Shown here in pieces: positions 51,398 to 61,648 of a DNA stretch of 64,000 nucleotides. The translations under genes and the position numbers were made by a program. The stretch lies in the IMG/VR virus record IMGVR_UViG_3300036828_000667, positions 1 through 64,000 of that record. The stretch is one strand, 5' to 3'. Position 1 is the stretch's first letter. Each line of letters begins with the position of its first letter. The notes under the pieces are model-generated. The model saw only the letters and a program-made list of their open reading frames with translations. It made no database searches and had not been told where the DNA came from. Origin of the DNA: a virus.

Positions 51398-51871
51398 ATG
51401 ACTATTTACACTATCTACCATGTTCCTAATATAAAAGTAGGAGCAACCGATAATTTAAAAACTAGAATGGCTAGATACAAGTCTAGATACAAGGAGGTTG
51501 AGATAGAAATACTCTTGAAAATGAGATTCGAACAAGTACCAGAATATGCAAGATGGTATATAGTAGGAACTTATGAATGGATATTTGCTGATATGTATGG
51601 ATACCCTAGAGGTTTTCATTACTATATCAGCAGATATAGTAATAGAGTAAAACAAAGTCCATATAGCACTTTAGAACAAATTAAGTCTAATTACGGGAAA
51701 CAACATGCAAATGATTACTTTAATCAAATTACTGTAACAAACGAAACACTATGGAAATTCCTATCGTTGCTTTTAAATCAACAAAGTTACATAGAGAGAC
51801 TTGTCAAAGAGATATTCCCAAATTCTTCTCCTCAATCCTTTCCTCTGGCACTCTTTCTCTTCACCAGCTAG
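51398..51871 (+). CDS. GIY-YIG-like protein
   Basis: IY....KVGAT.NL..R...Y. Confidence 0.45.
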   Translation: MTIYTIYHVPNIKVGATDNLKTRMARYKSRYKEVEIEILLKMRFEQVPEYARWYIVGTYEWIFADMYGYPRGFHYYISRYSNRVKQSPYSTLEQIKSNYGKQHANDYFNQITVTNETLWKFLSLLLNQQSYIERLVKEIFPNSSPQSFPLALFLFTS

Positions 51872-52105
51872 TTAAATCACCAGTTAGTTAAGTCAGTAAA
51901 AGACGAGGGGAGTATGAGGGGAGTTTTTCAATAGTTTGTCAATTCTACTTAGGTATAGGTTTATATCACACTATGTTACAAACTGTAAGAATGGGATATA
52001 CTTTAGACACGACAAAAAGCCCCATTAGACTATGTCTAGGGGTTTATGGTCATTTGGGGGTTGTTTTTAGGATGTAAGGAGGTGCTGTTGTGGATAGCCT
52101 CTTGG

Positions 52106-52326
52106 TTTTATCAGGCGCCTGATAAAATTCCCTGGATTACCTGCGGTGCACCACCGTAACCCAGTATGGTTAGGAGAATAGCTTCCCCCTGGAATACAGG
52201 GGCCTGCTCGTCTATTAAAGATCCACGGGCCAGACCGTCAGTCGCTGGATTTTTCTCACCGTGGTAGCAGCCATGGCAGTCGCCGTTAGGTCGGCCCCAT
52301 GGCACCGCTGTAACTCGCGGGTAAAC
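52106..52326 (-). ncRNA. candidate structured RNA, about 220 nt
   Basis: TTGACT(-) 52356-52361 N17 TATGGA; several stems; palindrome 52106-52127. Confidence 0.5.
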
Positions 52327-52382
52327 GCATCTTCCATATTAGAAAACGAACTGCTAGTCAACATCACTTGGAGATAAAATTG

Positions 52383-52437
52383 TGCGGTATGGGATGCATG
52401 GGGCAGGTCCGGCAGGGTAAGCGTCGGGGTGGGGTGG
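52383..52437 (-). ncRNA. pentamer element E13, 11 units
   Basis: TTGACA(-) 52469-52474; ends CCATA CCGCA CAATTTT. Confidence 0.83.
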
Positions 52438-52711
52438 ACAAAGCTTCATTACTATCATTGCAATCCATTGTCAAGAAGTCTAAAATCAAGCCTCCCGTCC
52501 TCCCCTGGCTGGAGCATAGGATGAAAAAAGGCCCATATCGCAGAAGAACCCTTGTCAGAAAATACAGGTTTCATCCCTATGAGAATTTTGAGTCAGGTAA
52601 GGGATGGAACCTTCCCCATAACAGAAAAAGGGTAAAGAAACATCATGGTCCAGCACTAAATAAACTAGGTCAATTAAGACGTTTTTGGATTACTGTTACA
52701 AGAACATACAG

Positions 52712-53077
52712 ATGAAAGACCTTACCTATCTCGACAAATACAGAATGCCTATCCCTGAGGTCTGCCTTGTAGGAAGTGGTACAGTCGACCTAAAGTTCAA
52801 CGGAGCCTTTGCATTTGCCATAAAAGGTGTTAGTGTTGTGGTAATAGCAGGACGCGGTAAGGGATGGGATCACGTATCAGTCTCTTGTGAAAACAGAACT
52901 CCAACTTGGGAAGAAATGGAAACGGTCAAGAGGATGTTCTTCAAAGACGATGAAGTAGCCATGCAATTGCATGTAGCTGTTGAGGATCACATCAATATGC
53001 ACCCTTATTGTCTTCATTTATGGCGCAGTTACAATAAGCTTAGGCCAATTCCACTTCCACCAAAAGGATTCGTGTAA
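52712..53077 (+). CDS. conserved phage protein
   Basis: GWDHVSVS..RTPTWEEM..VK..FF..QLH..HPYCLHLW. Confidence 0.8.
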   Translation: MKDLTYLDKYRMPIPEVCLVGSGTVDLKFNGAFAFAIKGVSVVVIAGRGKGWDHVSVSCENRTPTWEEMETVKRMFFKDDEVAMQLHVAVEDHINMHPYCLHLWRSYNKLRPIPLPPKGFV

Positions 53078-53343
53078 TGAAACGAGCAGATTTCGTTAGA
53101 GCCTACGCAAATCGTTCTGGACTATCAGATAAGTGGGCAAACATAGGGTTGATAGATAGACATGATGGCTGGGTATTTGTAGCTCTGCCTTGTGTATGTG
53201 GTGAAGATGGTTGTCAGGGATGGGCCATGCTCTCAGCTGAGCAAGTCTTACACCACTTACAATTCAATGCTCCTGATGGGCTACGTGAAGCCTATATGAA
53301 ATCTGTTGAAGACGAGGAAGCAAAGACATAGGCATGAATTGAT

Positions 53344-53613
53344 ATGAAGTATAGGCATTACAAACTACCGCAAAGAGGATATAGACACGACTGGAATGAA
53401 GCCAGAAGAATTCACGTATTTCTTCTAAGATGTGAAGGATTGTCATATGGAGAAATTGCATTACGTCTTGGTGTAACCAGACAAGCAGCTAGAGAAATGT
53501 ATCGTAGAGCAGCCCATATGTTAATGTGGGCATGGCGACATATACTACAACCTCATACAATGATAGACCCAGAGTGTAGACTAGAGGCAGAGGAACATGA
53601 GAGCGACGAATAA
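53344..53613 (+). CDS. sigma70 region-4-like HTH protein
   Basis: LR.EGLSYGEIALRLGVTRQAAR. Confidence 0.7.
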   Translation: MKYRHYKLPQRGYRHDWNEARRIHVFLLRCEGLSYGEIALRLGVTRQAAREMYRRAAHMLMWAWRHILQPHTMIDPECRLEAEEHESDE

Positions 53614-54206
53614 CCGTGACTTCCACCCAGTACCGATTTTAGGTGGAGATCACTGTCCGAAGTGTGGTAACATCATGCAAAGGTACACTCATAACCCAAA
53701 GTGGAAGCCTCTCCCTGGCCGTGGCTTCTACAAACACTGGGATCGGTGCATAGACTGTCGGCGATATTACAATCCAGCTGATGCCTATGTTAAAGGAAGT
53801 AAAGATGAGTGATGATTGTAAAAAGCGTCAACTTGCAATGCTCATGATTGATGAAATAGAAAAATCATTGGCACGTGGCACTAAACATTACAACAAGAGT
53901 GGGAAGTTGCTAAAGACACCTAAGGCTGTCTTAGAATGCTTACTTAAAGACGGAAGTGTTGAACTCAAGTATAGGAAAGAGAAGGATGAATAGTGTAGTC
54001 AAATTACTGATAGAAATAGCTGGGGAGGTTGGAAGTGCTGTTGTGTTTGTAGCTGGTCTAAGAGCCTTAGCACTTTCTGTAGTTACAGAAGTAACCTCAA
54101 CTTCCCCAGAGGAACGTGGTAAGATAAATAATCTGATAATCAAAGCAATGGTGTTTATCGCAATTGCTTTTTCATTTCTCATACATACAAGACTATAGGA
54201 GTCGAA

Positions 54207-54587
54207 ATGAAGCTAGTTGGATGTGTGGTTCTCTTATCGGTAGTCTTCTCCCCAGTTGCCTATTCTGAATTTGTCCCTGGTAATGTGTTTATTGAAAGCT
54301 GTAACAACCCTAGTCCTGAACGTCAGGCAGCTTGTATAGGTTTTACGGCAGGGGTTACCGATAGCTATCTCAGGTCTGGTCAATTTTGCTTACCACCAAA
54401 TGTTACTCCAAAAGAGATTTCAGATTTCACGAAGTACTACATCAACAAAACTGTTTCAATCCGCAATCAATCAGCCCTCATGATGGTGCTGTATGCATTG
54501 AAATCACGGTGGCCGTGTGTTAATAGTGGACCACGGATGGTCTTCCAACTACCTCCCCAGTTCCAGTTTCAATTCCGTGGGTTCTAA
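54207..54587 (+). CDS. Rap1a/Tai-like secreted protein
   Basis: signal peptide; GN.F...C..C.GF..GV.D..FCLP..VT..WPC. Confidence 0.7.
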   Translation: MKLVGCVVLLSVVFSPVAYSEFVPGNVFIESCNNPSPERQAACIGFTAGVTDSYLRSGQFCLPPNVTPKEISDFTKYYINKTVSIRNQSALMMVLYALKSRWPCVNSGPRMVFQLPPQFQFQFRGF

Positions 54588-54798
54588 AGGAACAGTACGA
54601 TGATGACAAAAATCTACCTGATCGACCCGGGGGCATCAGACGGTTATCCTGGTCTTGTAAAAGAAATTGTCAGAGAGAACATCGAAGCGTTCGATATTGT
54701 CGAGTACACGAATTTATATGGAAAACATGGGTATTACGTGTTTGACGGCATGGTAAAAGATGATATCGTTTACAGACGGGTGATTCGCGTCGCTAGAA

Positions 54799-55062
54799 TT
54801 GCAGAAAAGAAGGAACAAAAGAATGGCCAAGGCGGTCAGACGACCTCCGAAGGGACACCATGATGGCAGTGGAATAAAACTTGCTGTCAAATTTACACCG
54901 AAGCTTTTTAAAAGAATAAACGAACGGGCAACCAAACATAACAAAAACTTTTCAGAAATCGTGAATGAGACTTGTGAATGTGGTCTATTATGCTTGGAAG
55001 AATCGGAGCGGGACGAGCCTAATTATAAGACAGTGGTGAGCCAACATGAAGATCGGGCCTAG
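54799..55062 (+). CDS. ribbon-helix-helix-like protein
   Basis: LAVKFTPKLFKRINERA....FSEIV. Confidence 0.5.
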   Translation: MQKRRNKRMAKAVRRPPKGHHDGSGIKLAVKFTPKLFKRINERATKHNKNFSEIVNETCECGLLCLEESERDEPNYKTVVSQHEDRA

Positions 55063-55212
55063 GTTCTAAAGCTTCCTGGACAGCCTAGGTCTGACGGTGG
55101 AGGAGTACAGGACTATACCTTAGTGCCCCCAGTACTCCTCCACTACACTATAAGGAATCCCATAGCAAATGACGAAGGGGGTTCCTAAACTGTAACACTA
55201 GGAGTAACTAAC

Positions 55213-55803
55213 ATGATGAAGCAAACCTCGTTGGCAAGGCATATAACCGTAGAGATTCCTAGTGAGAACTCAGCTGATGTTGACTTTCTTCATGAGCTAG
55301 AAGAAGCTCATGACCACGACAATTTGAAAGACGTAGGTGCTGGTGTCGAGAAAGCATTCAAGGACAGAGTTGAAAAAGAGTTCTCAGGACAAGACATTAC
55401 ACCAAAGACACGGGCGTCCATCACAGACTTCTGTATATATTTAATGTCGATTGCAAAATTTTACGGTTATGATCTTTTACTAGGTGGGTTTATTACTACT
55501 GTTCACGAAGACATGTTTTCTGTACGAACTCAACCTACCAAAGGGATTACGGCTCTCATAGAGTCAACGTTCACGTATTTTGACGATGAGGGAAACTATA
55601 AACTCACTGCCAATGGTTTCATGAGAAGGGATTGGGCAACTGCCCCAGACGATCCAGTCAGCCGACGTAATCAGATCCTGAGAGATAACAACGATATTTT
55701 TCCCGGATTGCAATACAGTAATGCCAACACCAATAAGCTCCATATTCATATAGAAATAACAGGACAGTTCCCGCTATTAATCCTCCCAGTTACCTACCAA
55801 TAA
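55213..55803 (+). CDS. hypothetical protein
   Basis: C-terminus paralogous to next ORF. Confidence 0.7.
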   Translation: MMKQTSLARHITVEIPSENSADVDFLHELEEAHDHDNLKDVGAGVEKAFKDRVEKEFSGQDITPKTRASITDFCIYLMSIAKFYGYDLLLGGFITTVHEDMFSVRTQPTKGITALIESTFTYFDDEGNYKLTANGFMRRDWATAPDDPVSRRNQILRDNNDIFPGLQYSNANTNKLHIHIEITGQFPLLILPVTYQ

Positions 55804-55837
55804 ATTATAGGGGCTGGGAAGATGGGGGGATTATTGT

Positions 55838-56098
55838 ATGTCCAATGTAATCAACTTACCTATAATGGTAAGAGCGAGATTCTCTTATTTTAATACCAAA
55901 GGTATATTTCAATTATCAGCAGACGGTCATATGAGGCAAGATTGGGCTACTCACTCCAATCTGCCACGGCCTAGACGTACCCAAATCATCCAAGACAATA
56001 AAGGAATGCCAGGAATGCCTGGAAGGGCTTCCGCGTATTTCATACATATTGTCACACAGGATAAGAAACGAACTCTCGTACTTCCGGAGACACCTTGA
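55838..56098 (+). CDS. hypothetical protein
   Basis: paralogue of preceding C-domain. Confidence 0.65.
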   Translation: MSNVINLPIMVRARFSYFNTKGIFQLSADGHMRQDWATHSNLPRPRRTQIIQDNKGMPGMPGRASAYFIHIVTQDKKRTLVLPETP

Positions 56099-56158
56099 AC
56101 AGGGAGGAAAATCAGAACTCAACATGAACAACAAGCAGAAAACCGTAATCACCTATAG

Positions 56159-56437
56159 ATGAAATACTCTAAGGATCGGAGACAAACCATGGATCACGCT
56201 GAACTTCTTGCTAACCTCAATACAGCACTAGACAACTTCGTGAACAGTAGTGATGGAACTAAGCAAGAACTGAAAGATGATCTCGAAGACTTTCGAGACG
56301 ATATAGACGGACGTATCATGGCCCTGGAAGAAGAAATCGAGGAGGAGCAAGGCGAAGATACAGATGAAGATGAAGGAGATGACGGTGAGGAAGCGCCGAT
56401 TGTAGAAACGGGAGAAATGGGAGAAGAGCCGAAGTAA
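56159..56437 (+). CDS. very acidic small protein (contains E14 match)
   Basis: D/E-rich; start probably 56189. Confidence 0.7.
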   Translation: MKYSKDRRQTMDHAELLANLNTALDNFVNSSDGTKQELKDDLEDFRDDIDGRIMALEEEIEEEQGEDTDEDEGDDGEEAPIVETGEMGEEPK

Positions 56438-56445
56438 TAGAGATT

Positions 56446-56544
56446 AAGTCATCCTCTGTTTTTGAAATGACAGAGGATGACTTGTGCGGTTTGGTTAGGA
56501 ATGCAGTGGCTCGGCAGGGTTCGCTTCGGTTTGGTATGGTTCGA
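56446..56544 (-). ncRNA. pentamer element E14 (11-12 units) with 3' hairpin
   Basis: TTGACA(-) 56576-56581 N17 TACGTC; stem 56446-56483. Confidence 0.85.
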
Positions 56545-56565
56545 ACATGCGGGACGTAGCAGAAC

Positions 56566-57183
56566 TTGACCGTCTTGTCAAATGGGTGCAAAATGTCCAA
56601 GAAGTTCTCAATATCAGTGGACCATAATGCATTAAGGCAATTTCCGTTTCTGGATCGACTCCAGAAACAACAATTCCCCATTTCAACCCTCAATGAAGTT
56701 ATGTACGTTCTTGAAAATAGACCTGAAGGATTCAAAATCGAGTTGGTTTATAGTGTATTGAAAGTGTCGTTAATTAACGTCAATAGAGACACCAATGACG
56801 ACTACTTGGGATTGCCGAAGATTGAAGGTCAGTTGAAAGACCTGTGTGATGTGATCAGAGAGACCACGTCATATGGAACACGTGGGGGAGTCGACCCAAG
56901 GACACAAATATATTATAGTAGGAAGTCGTCTATTCTACAGGGTAGTAACCTTAGTGATGATGCTCTGATAGCTCCTAATTATGTTTCTAATAGAGGTTTG
57001 AGAAAACGCCATCCTCTTGATCTTGTGTCCACAGAAGAGGTCGTTAAAAGAAGGGAACTTGCTAACCGACACTGGCAAGAACAGAAAAAAGAGCAACGAA
57101 GAAAACAACAGTCCAGTATCAACTCAAAAATCCGGAATGCTCAGGACTTTTTGACAAGAAGCAATTTTGACAAGAAGCAATAA
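56566..57183 (+). CDS. hypothetical protein (contains E15 match)
   Basis: start probably 56593. Confidence 0.7.
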   Translation: MTVLSNGCKMSKKFSISVDHNALRQFPFLDRLQKQQFPISTLNEVMYVLENRPEGFKIELVYSVLKVSLINVNRDTNDDYLGLPKIEGQLKDLCDVIRETTSYGTRGGVDPRTQIYYSRKSSILQGSNLSDDALIAPNYVSNRGLRKRHPLDLVSTEEVVKRRELANRHWQEQKKEQRRKQQSSINSKIRNAQDFLTRSNFDKKQ

Positions 57184-57201
57184 TAATGTTAACCTTCTTC
57201 G

Positions 57202-57299
57202 GCGAACCGGTCCAATCCGAACCGACCCTATCCCTACCGGACCCTTGCACAGCATACCGCACATCTACCCCTCAGGCTGTATTACACAGCCTGAGGGGT
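57202..57299 (+). ncRNA. pentamer element E15 (12 units) with 3' hairpin
   Basis: TTGACA 57167 N17 TAACCT; stem 57267-57299. Confidence 0.87.
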
Positions 57300-57321
57300 T
57301 ATTATTATTAGGAGGTTAGAG

Positions 57322-57918
57322 ATGGTGACCAAAGAAATGGTAGATGAGTTCTGTAAGCATCTGATTGATGAAGGAAAGATCGTAGAAGCTGGGTGGCTAG
57401 GCTTTAAAATCATGGTGCTTGAACCTGTTGATCTCTCGGAGAATCAAGTCGAAGATATGAAAATGGCATTCTTTGGTGGTGCTTATCATCTGTTCACGTC
57501 GATGACAAGGATGTTAGACCCTGGCAAAGAGCCGTCAGACAATGACATAAAGCGTATAGATCAAATCAATACAGAGCTTGAAGCATTCGTAGGAGTGTTT
57601 GAAGAAGAGCTAAGGAAACGTCAACAGAAACCACCTATATCAGAAGATCCAGCACCAACTCTAGGTGATGCGCCTATCGAACAAGAGTATCGTAGTAAAA
57701 TGCAAGCTGTTGCCATGACCTTAGATAAATTCTTCAATGGCGAGCTTGAAGGAAACGACAGACACACCGGATTTGTCCTACTAGTATTCCCCTTTGAAGA
57801 AAGGGAAGGACGGTGTAACTTCATTTCAAATGGTGCTGATCGAGAGGATGTAGTCACACTTTTCAAAGAAATGATCCAAAAATTTTCTGGCCAACCAGAT
57901 ATAGTTGGACATGCTTAA
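57322..57918 (+). CDS. two-domain conserved phage protein
   Basis: AFFGGA..LF domain plus GFVLLVFPF..CNFISN domain. Confidence 0.75.
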   Translation: MVTKEMVDEFCKHLIDEGKIVEAGWLGFKIMVLEPVDLSENQVEDMKMAFFGGAYHLFTSMTRMLDPGKEPSDNDIKRIDQINTELEAFVGVFEEELRKRQQKPPISEDPAPTLGDAPIEQEYRSKMQAVAMTLDKFFNGELEGNDRHTGFVLLVFPFEEREGRCNFISNGADREDVVTLFKEMIQKFSGQPDIVGHA

Positions 57919-57929
57919 GGAGGTTAACA

Positions 57930-58568
57930 ATGACCAAAAAGGGACCGCCTAACGTTTTTTGTCTACTATGCAATGAAGGATTTGGAAACAATGTTCATCT
58001 AGGTCGTCACGTACTGCAAATGCATGGAATTAACTTTGCCGATTATGATTGGTACAAAGTACAGAATAACATCGAACCACCTTGCTGTGCCAATTGTCAA
58101 GGTCCAGCAAAGATACACTCAGGTCGATATATAAAATTTTGCAGCACTGAGTGTAGTAGCGCCGGCCATATGATTTCTGACGAAGCTAGAGAAAGAGTTG
58201 CGAAGAGTGCGAAGCTAGTAGGTCTAGCAAATCGTACACATGGCGAAAGTAGTAAAGATAATCTGACACCTGAATATAGAGCGTATCACAGTATGCTCTC
58301 ACGATGCTTGAACTCAGCTGACGCACGCTATCCTAATTATGGCGGGAGAGGCATCAAAATCTGTGACCGTTGGCTTGGTGAAAATGGCTTCCGCCATTTT
58401 CTTGAAGATATGGGACGTAGACCGTCTAGCGACTTATCTCTTGATCGCTATCCCAACAATAATGGAAATTATGAGCCAAACAACTGCCGTTGGGCAACAC
58501 GTAGCCAGCAACAGCGTAATAAGAGTCGTGTAAAATCACTAGACAATCCTCCCGATATACTACCATGA
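57930..58568 (+). CDS. HNH endonuclease with N-terminal zinc fingers
   Basis: C2H2, YGGRGIKICDRW, SLDR..NNGNYEPNNCRWAT. Confidence 0.87.
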   Translation: MTKKGPPNVFCLLCNEGFGNNVHLGRHVLQMHGINFADYDWYKVQNNIEPPCCANCQGPAKIHSGRYIKFCSTECSSAGHMISDEARERVAKSAKLVGLANRTHGESSKDNLTPEYRAYHSMLSRCLNSADARYPNYGGRGIKICDRWLGENGFRHFLEDMGRRPSSDLSLDRYPNNNGNYEPNNCRWATRSQQQRNKSRVKSLDNPPDILP

Positions 58569-59140
58569 AATCAAAAACAATAAAACTTATCAGGAACCGT
58601 AACGTCCCCTTACCTGGGGACGTATATATTAAGAGGCTTGCTGTGTATCGTGTCGTCATGTACGATGAGACTAACGATACTACACTATTCGCTACCACTA
58701 ACGATATCATTACTATCTATGGTCAAATACCACGGTTGGAGATAAGAAAAAACGACTTTTACCCTTGTCCCTACCAGCTACTAGGTCCTGCCATTCAGGT
58801 ATTCGAACTAGATGAAAAATACAGTGAAAAGAGTCTAGTAAACCTACAAGACTATCGCTTACAGCATGTCAAAACATATGAGAGGATCGGCCTACCTGAA
58901 TTGTTTGAAGACATTGAAGACGCAAGGACTAGAGTTTACACAGTGCCAGACGAGCAAGGAGAACAATTTCCTGGACTGAAAGGAAAGTCGTTCCAGGTAT
59001 TGGTACCTTTCATGTGCATCTCAAAAGGGACATATAAAGAACGTTATCAGACACTTGACTTGCCAGCTGATAAGGGGTATTTCAAAGCAATGAGATATAC
59101 GGCATGGCCAATCTTCTACGTCCCCAGTAGATTTGAATAA
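58565..59140 (+). CDS. hypothetical protein
   Basis: 191 aa. Confidence 0.65.
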   Translation: MKSKTIKLIRNRNVPLPGDVYIKRLAVYRVVMYDETNDTTLFATTNDIITIYGQIPRLEIRKNDFYPCPYQLLGPAIQVFELDEKYSEKSLVNLQDYRLQHVKTYERIGLPELFEDIEDARTRVYTVPDEQGEQFPGLKGKSFQVLVPFMCISKGTYKERYQTLDLPADKGYFKAMRYTAWPIFYVPSRFE

Positions 59141-59418
59141 TCACTTGCGTCGTACCATCAGAGATGATAGGGAGCCAATCATGACATTCCTGGTGACGTG
59201 ATATGAGGTAATTATATGAGACGGTCAGATGATTTGCTGATACTTTTAATTCGAGAACACCATATACAACTATCACCAAGAACTGTGAAATCACTACTAA
59301 CTAGCATAGGTCTCTTGTCCAACAACAAATATCTAAGTGCAACTCAGGTGAAAAAGTTCAGAAAACCACGGATAAGTTCTAGTTCTAAAAAAGTAGCAGT
59401 AAAAAGAGGGAAAGTAAC

Positions 59419-59661
59419 ATGACGAAGCATGTAATGAATATTCTAGATCAAACTGGCCACACTACTATCGGATGGGATGCAGGCAACGAACAGGAAATAG
59501 CTATTGCTAAAGAAGCTTTCGATAGTGCTATAAAGAAAGGATACCATGCGTTTCACGTTATTGAAGAAAAGGGTGGAGAGACTAGACGTGGAGAACGTAT
59601 GACAAGATTTGATTCTGACGCAGAACGGATGATCCTGATGCCGCAATTACAAGGAGGTTGA
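59419..59661 (+). CDS. conserved small protein ending PQLQGG
   Basis: D.TGH....WD..A...F..FD..A...P...GG. Confidence 0.7.
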   Translation: MTKHVMNILDQTGHTTIGWDAGNEQEIAIAKEAFDSAIKKGYHAFHVIEEKGGETRRGERMTRFDSDAERMILMPQLQGG

Positions 59662-59662
59662 T

Positions 59663-60346
59663 ATGATATTTGCCGCCTATCAACGATCTATAGGCATCTC
59701 CACACCTCTCCCACAGTCTGTAATTTTTACAATGGCCGACTCTATGACAAATACCTGTAGCTCAACCTATCCAACCTATCCAGTCTGGCATAATAACATA
59801 ATAGTTTTTAACGACAGTACTCGTACATATAGTGTATATAACCCCACCACCTGTACCAACAACACGGTTGCAAGCACCTGTTTTCCTATTATACTCCAAT
59901 GGCCAGATTGGCATGATCACATTTCTATGCCAAACATTATCCAAGAAAGGATGGAGGCAGAGAACGCTAGGCTAGAACTCCAAAGACAAGCTATTGCGGA
60001 AGCTAATAGAATTGAAATGGAGAGAGCTAAGGAAAGAAGACTTAGCTCTGAGAAGGCCAAGCAGTTACTTCTAGAACACCTAACGTCTGAACAACGTGAA
60101 ACAGTTGAGAAGAATGGATGGTTTGTTATCGAAGGTGGTCGATCGAAGAAACGTTACCGGATAAGATCCAGTGGTGTTACTGGTAATGTTGAGGAGATGG
60201 ATGGAGAAAGAGTCATAGCCAAATATTGTTGTCACATATCACATAGTTATCCACGCTCGGACCATCATCTCACCCAAAAGCTCATGCTAGAATGGGATGA
60301 AGAAACCTTCTTACGACTAGCTAATAAAACTGCGATAGGCTCATAG
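59663..60346 (+). CDS. conserved phage protein
   Basis: KA..LL.EHL..EQ; C.H....P..D..L.QKL.LE.DE..FL. Confidence 0.7.
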   Translation: MIFAAYQRSIGISTPLPQSVIFTMADSMTNTCSSTYPTYPVWHNNIIVFNDSTRTYSVYNPTTCTNNTVASTCFPIILQWPDWHDHISMPNIIQERMEAENARLELQRQAIAEANRIEMERAKERRLSSEKAKQLLLEHLTSEQRETVEKNGWFVIEGGRSKKRYRIRSSGVTGNVEEMDGERVIAKYCCHISHSYPRSDHHLTQKLMLEWDEETFLRLANKTAIGS

Positions 60347-60902
60347 TCTCTCAAATGACAACCAGCAACCTGTACGGTTATGCTCGGCCTTGGTGGAGAC
60401 AAGCAAGCGTAGCCTTTGATCTTTGACCAGTTCAAGAAACTCCTCGCAGTGTGGTAGTCGCAAAAACTCATTGGTTGCTTCAGTAAGATCGTCTAGGGGA
60501 ACGAATGAATCCTGCCAGTGCGCACCAATGAGCAATGTGATCTGGACTGTCAGTTCGTCTTTTTGGGTAGTCATGTGCTCTCGCCTGTAATAAGGTGTGT
60601 AAAAAGGAATGTAACAATGAAAAAACGAATTATCAAGAAGGCCATGCGAAAAAATATGGTGTGGTGCACCCATGAAGTCTATGCCCCAAACATATTACCG
60701 TGTTCAGATCTTAACTGCCCCTTCAAGGAAGACAAAGCCCGCTTAGCCAAGCCAAAAGAACTCAAGCAATGCAGGTCATTTCAAATAACCAAGCCTACTG
60801 ACGAGTTCGAAAACTCGGTTAGCGTCCTCATAGCAAAGAGAAAAGCAGTACCTGAGATAATACCAGATAAAACCATTAGACGAAAGATAGCAGTCGCCTG
60901 AG

Positions 60903-61328
60903 ATGGTGAAGATACGTAATGTCGACCTGAGTGATCTAGTCGACCAATTCAAGGACTTCACAAAAGTCCTTGGACCCGAGGAGGTCAAAATCCTCTCTGA
61001 TGCTGATCTCCTCCTACATGTTACCATACCTCATGACGAACCTGGGAAGCTAGCCTACTTAAGCAAGAGCGCTCAAATCCAATCTAAGCTCAATAACCTT
61101 CTTTCACGACTATCCTATATTTTTAATATGACCACTATCGATAGAGATAGTTATTGGGGAAACTTGATAGAATCACAAGAAGTCGAAGGCCGAGAAAAAC
61201 GATACATAGCCTTAACACGTGATCCTAAATTCAGAGATTTAGAAGAGACCAAGTCAGCCTTGGAAGTCATACGGGATCACACTAGTAGTTTACTTTGGAT
61301 ACTCAAAACCATAGCCGGGAGGCTGTAA
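60903..61328 (+). CDS. helical protein, possibly UvsY-like
   Basis: size and coiled-coil pattern only. Confidence 0.4.
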   Translation: MVKIRNVDLSDLVDQFKDFTKVLGPEEVKILSDADLLLHVTIPHDEPGKLAYLSKSAQIQSKLNNLLSRLSYIFNMTTIDRDSYWGNLIESQEVEGREKRYIALTRDPKFRDLEETKSALEVIRDHTSSLLWILKTIAGRL

Positions 61329-61329
61329 A

Positions 61330-61611
61330 TTGGCAAAAGCAACAACGCGAGAACGTCAACCATTGACTAAGCGTGCGTTGCGTATTTATATAATAGTCAA
61401 ACAGTACGGTCCCCCAGTAGGACTTCCTATGTCCGTAGTGGACATACAGAAATATATTCCAGAAATAACCGTTGATTGTATCAGTCCACGTATGCCAGAG
61501 CTTCGTGAAAAAAGATGGCTTCTGCGTATTGGAAAAGCACCGCGTCCAAATCGAACTGGACGTTCGCAAAGCCAGTGGGTTTATAGAGTAATTAACGAGG
61601 ATGAACTTTGA
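61330..61611 (+). CDS. winged-helix-like protein
   Basis: SPRMPELREK..R....GR...W. Confidence 0.55.
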   Translation: MAKATTRERQPLTKRALRIYIIVKQYGPPVGLPMSVVDIQKYIPEITVDCISPRMPELREKRWLLRIGKAPRPNRTGRSQSQWVYRVINEDEL

Positions 61612-61623
61612 GTGGCAACAGAT

Positions 61624-61645
61624 GGACGTGTAGCTCAGCGGTAGC
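61624..61645 (+). pseudogene. tRNA 5' fragment
   Basis: GGACGTG TA GCTC AGCGGTAG; no T arm found. Confidence 0.4.
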
Positions 61646-61648
61646 ATC

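Noticed and set aside
51872-52100. Replication origin in the non-coding gap
   Set aside because: No clear iterons or initiator gene; cannot be supported
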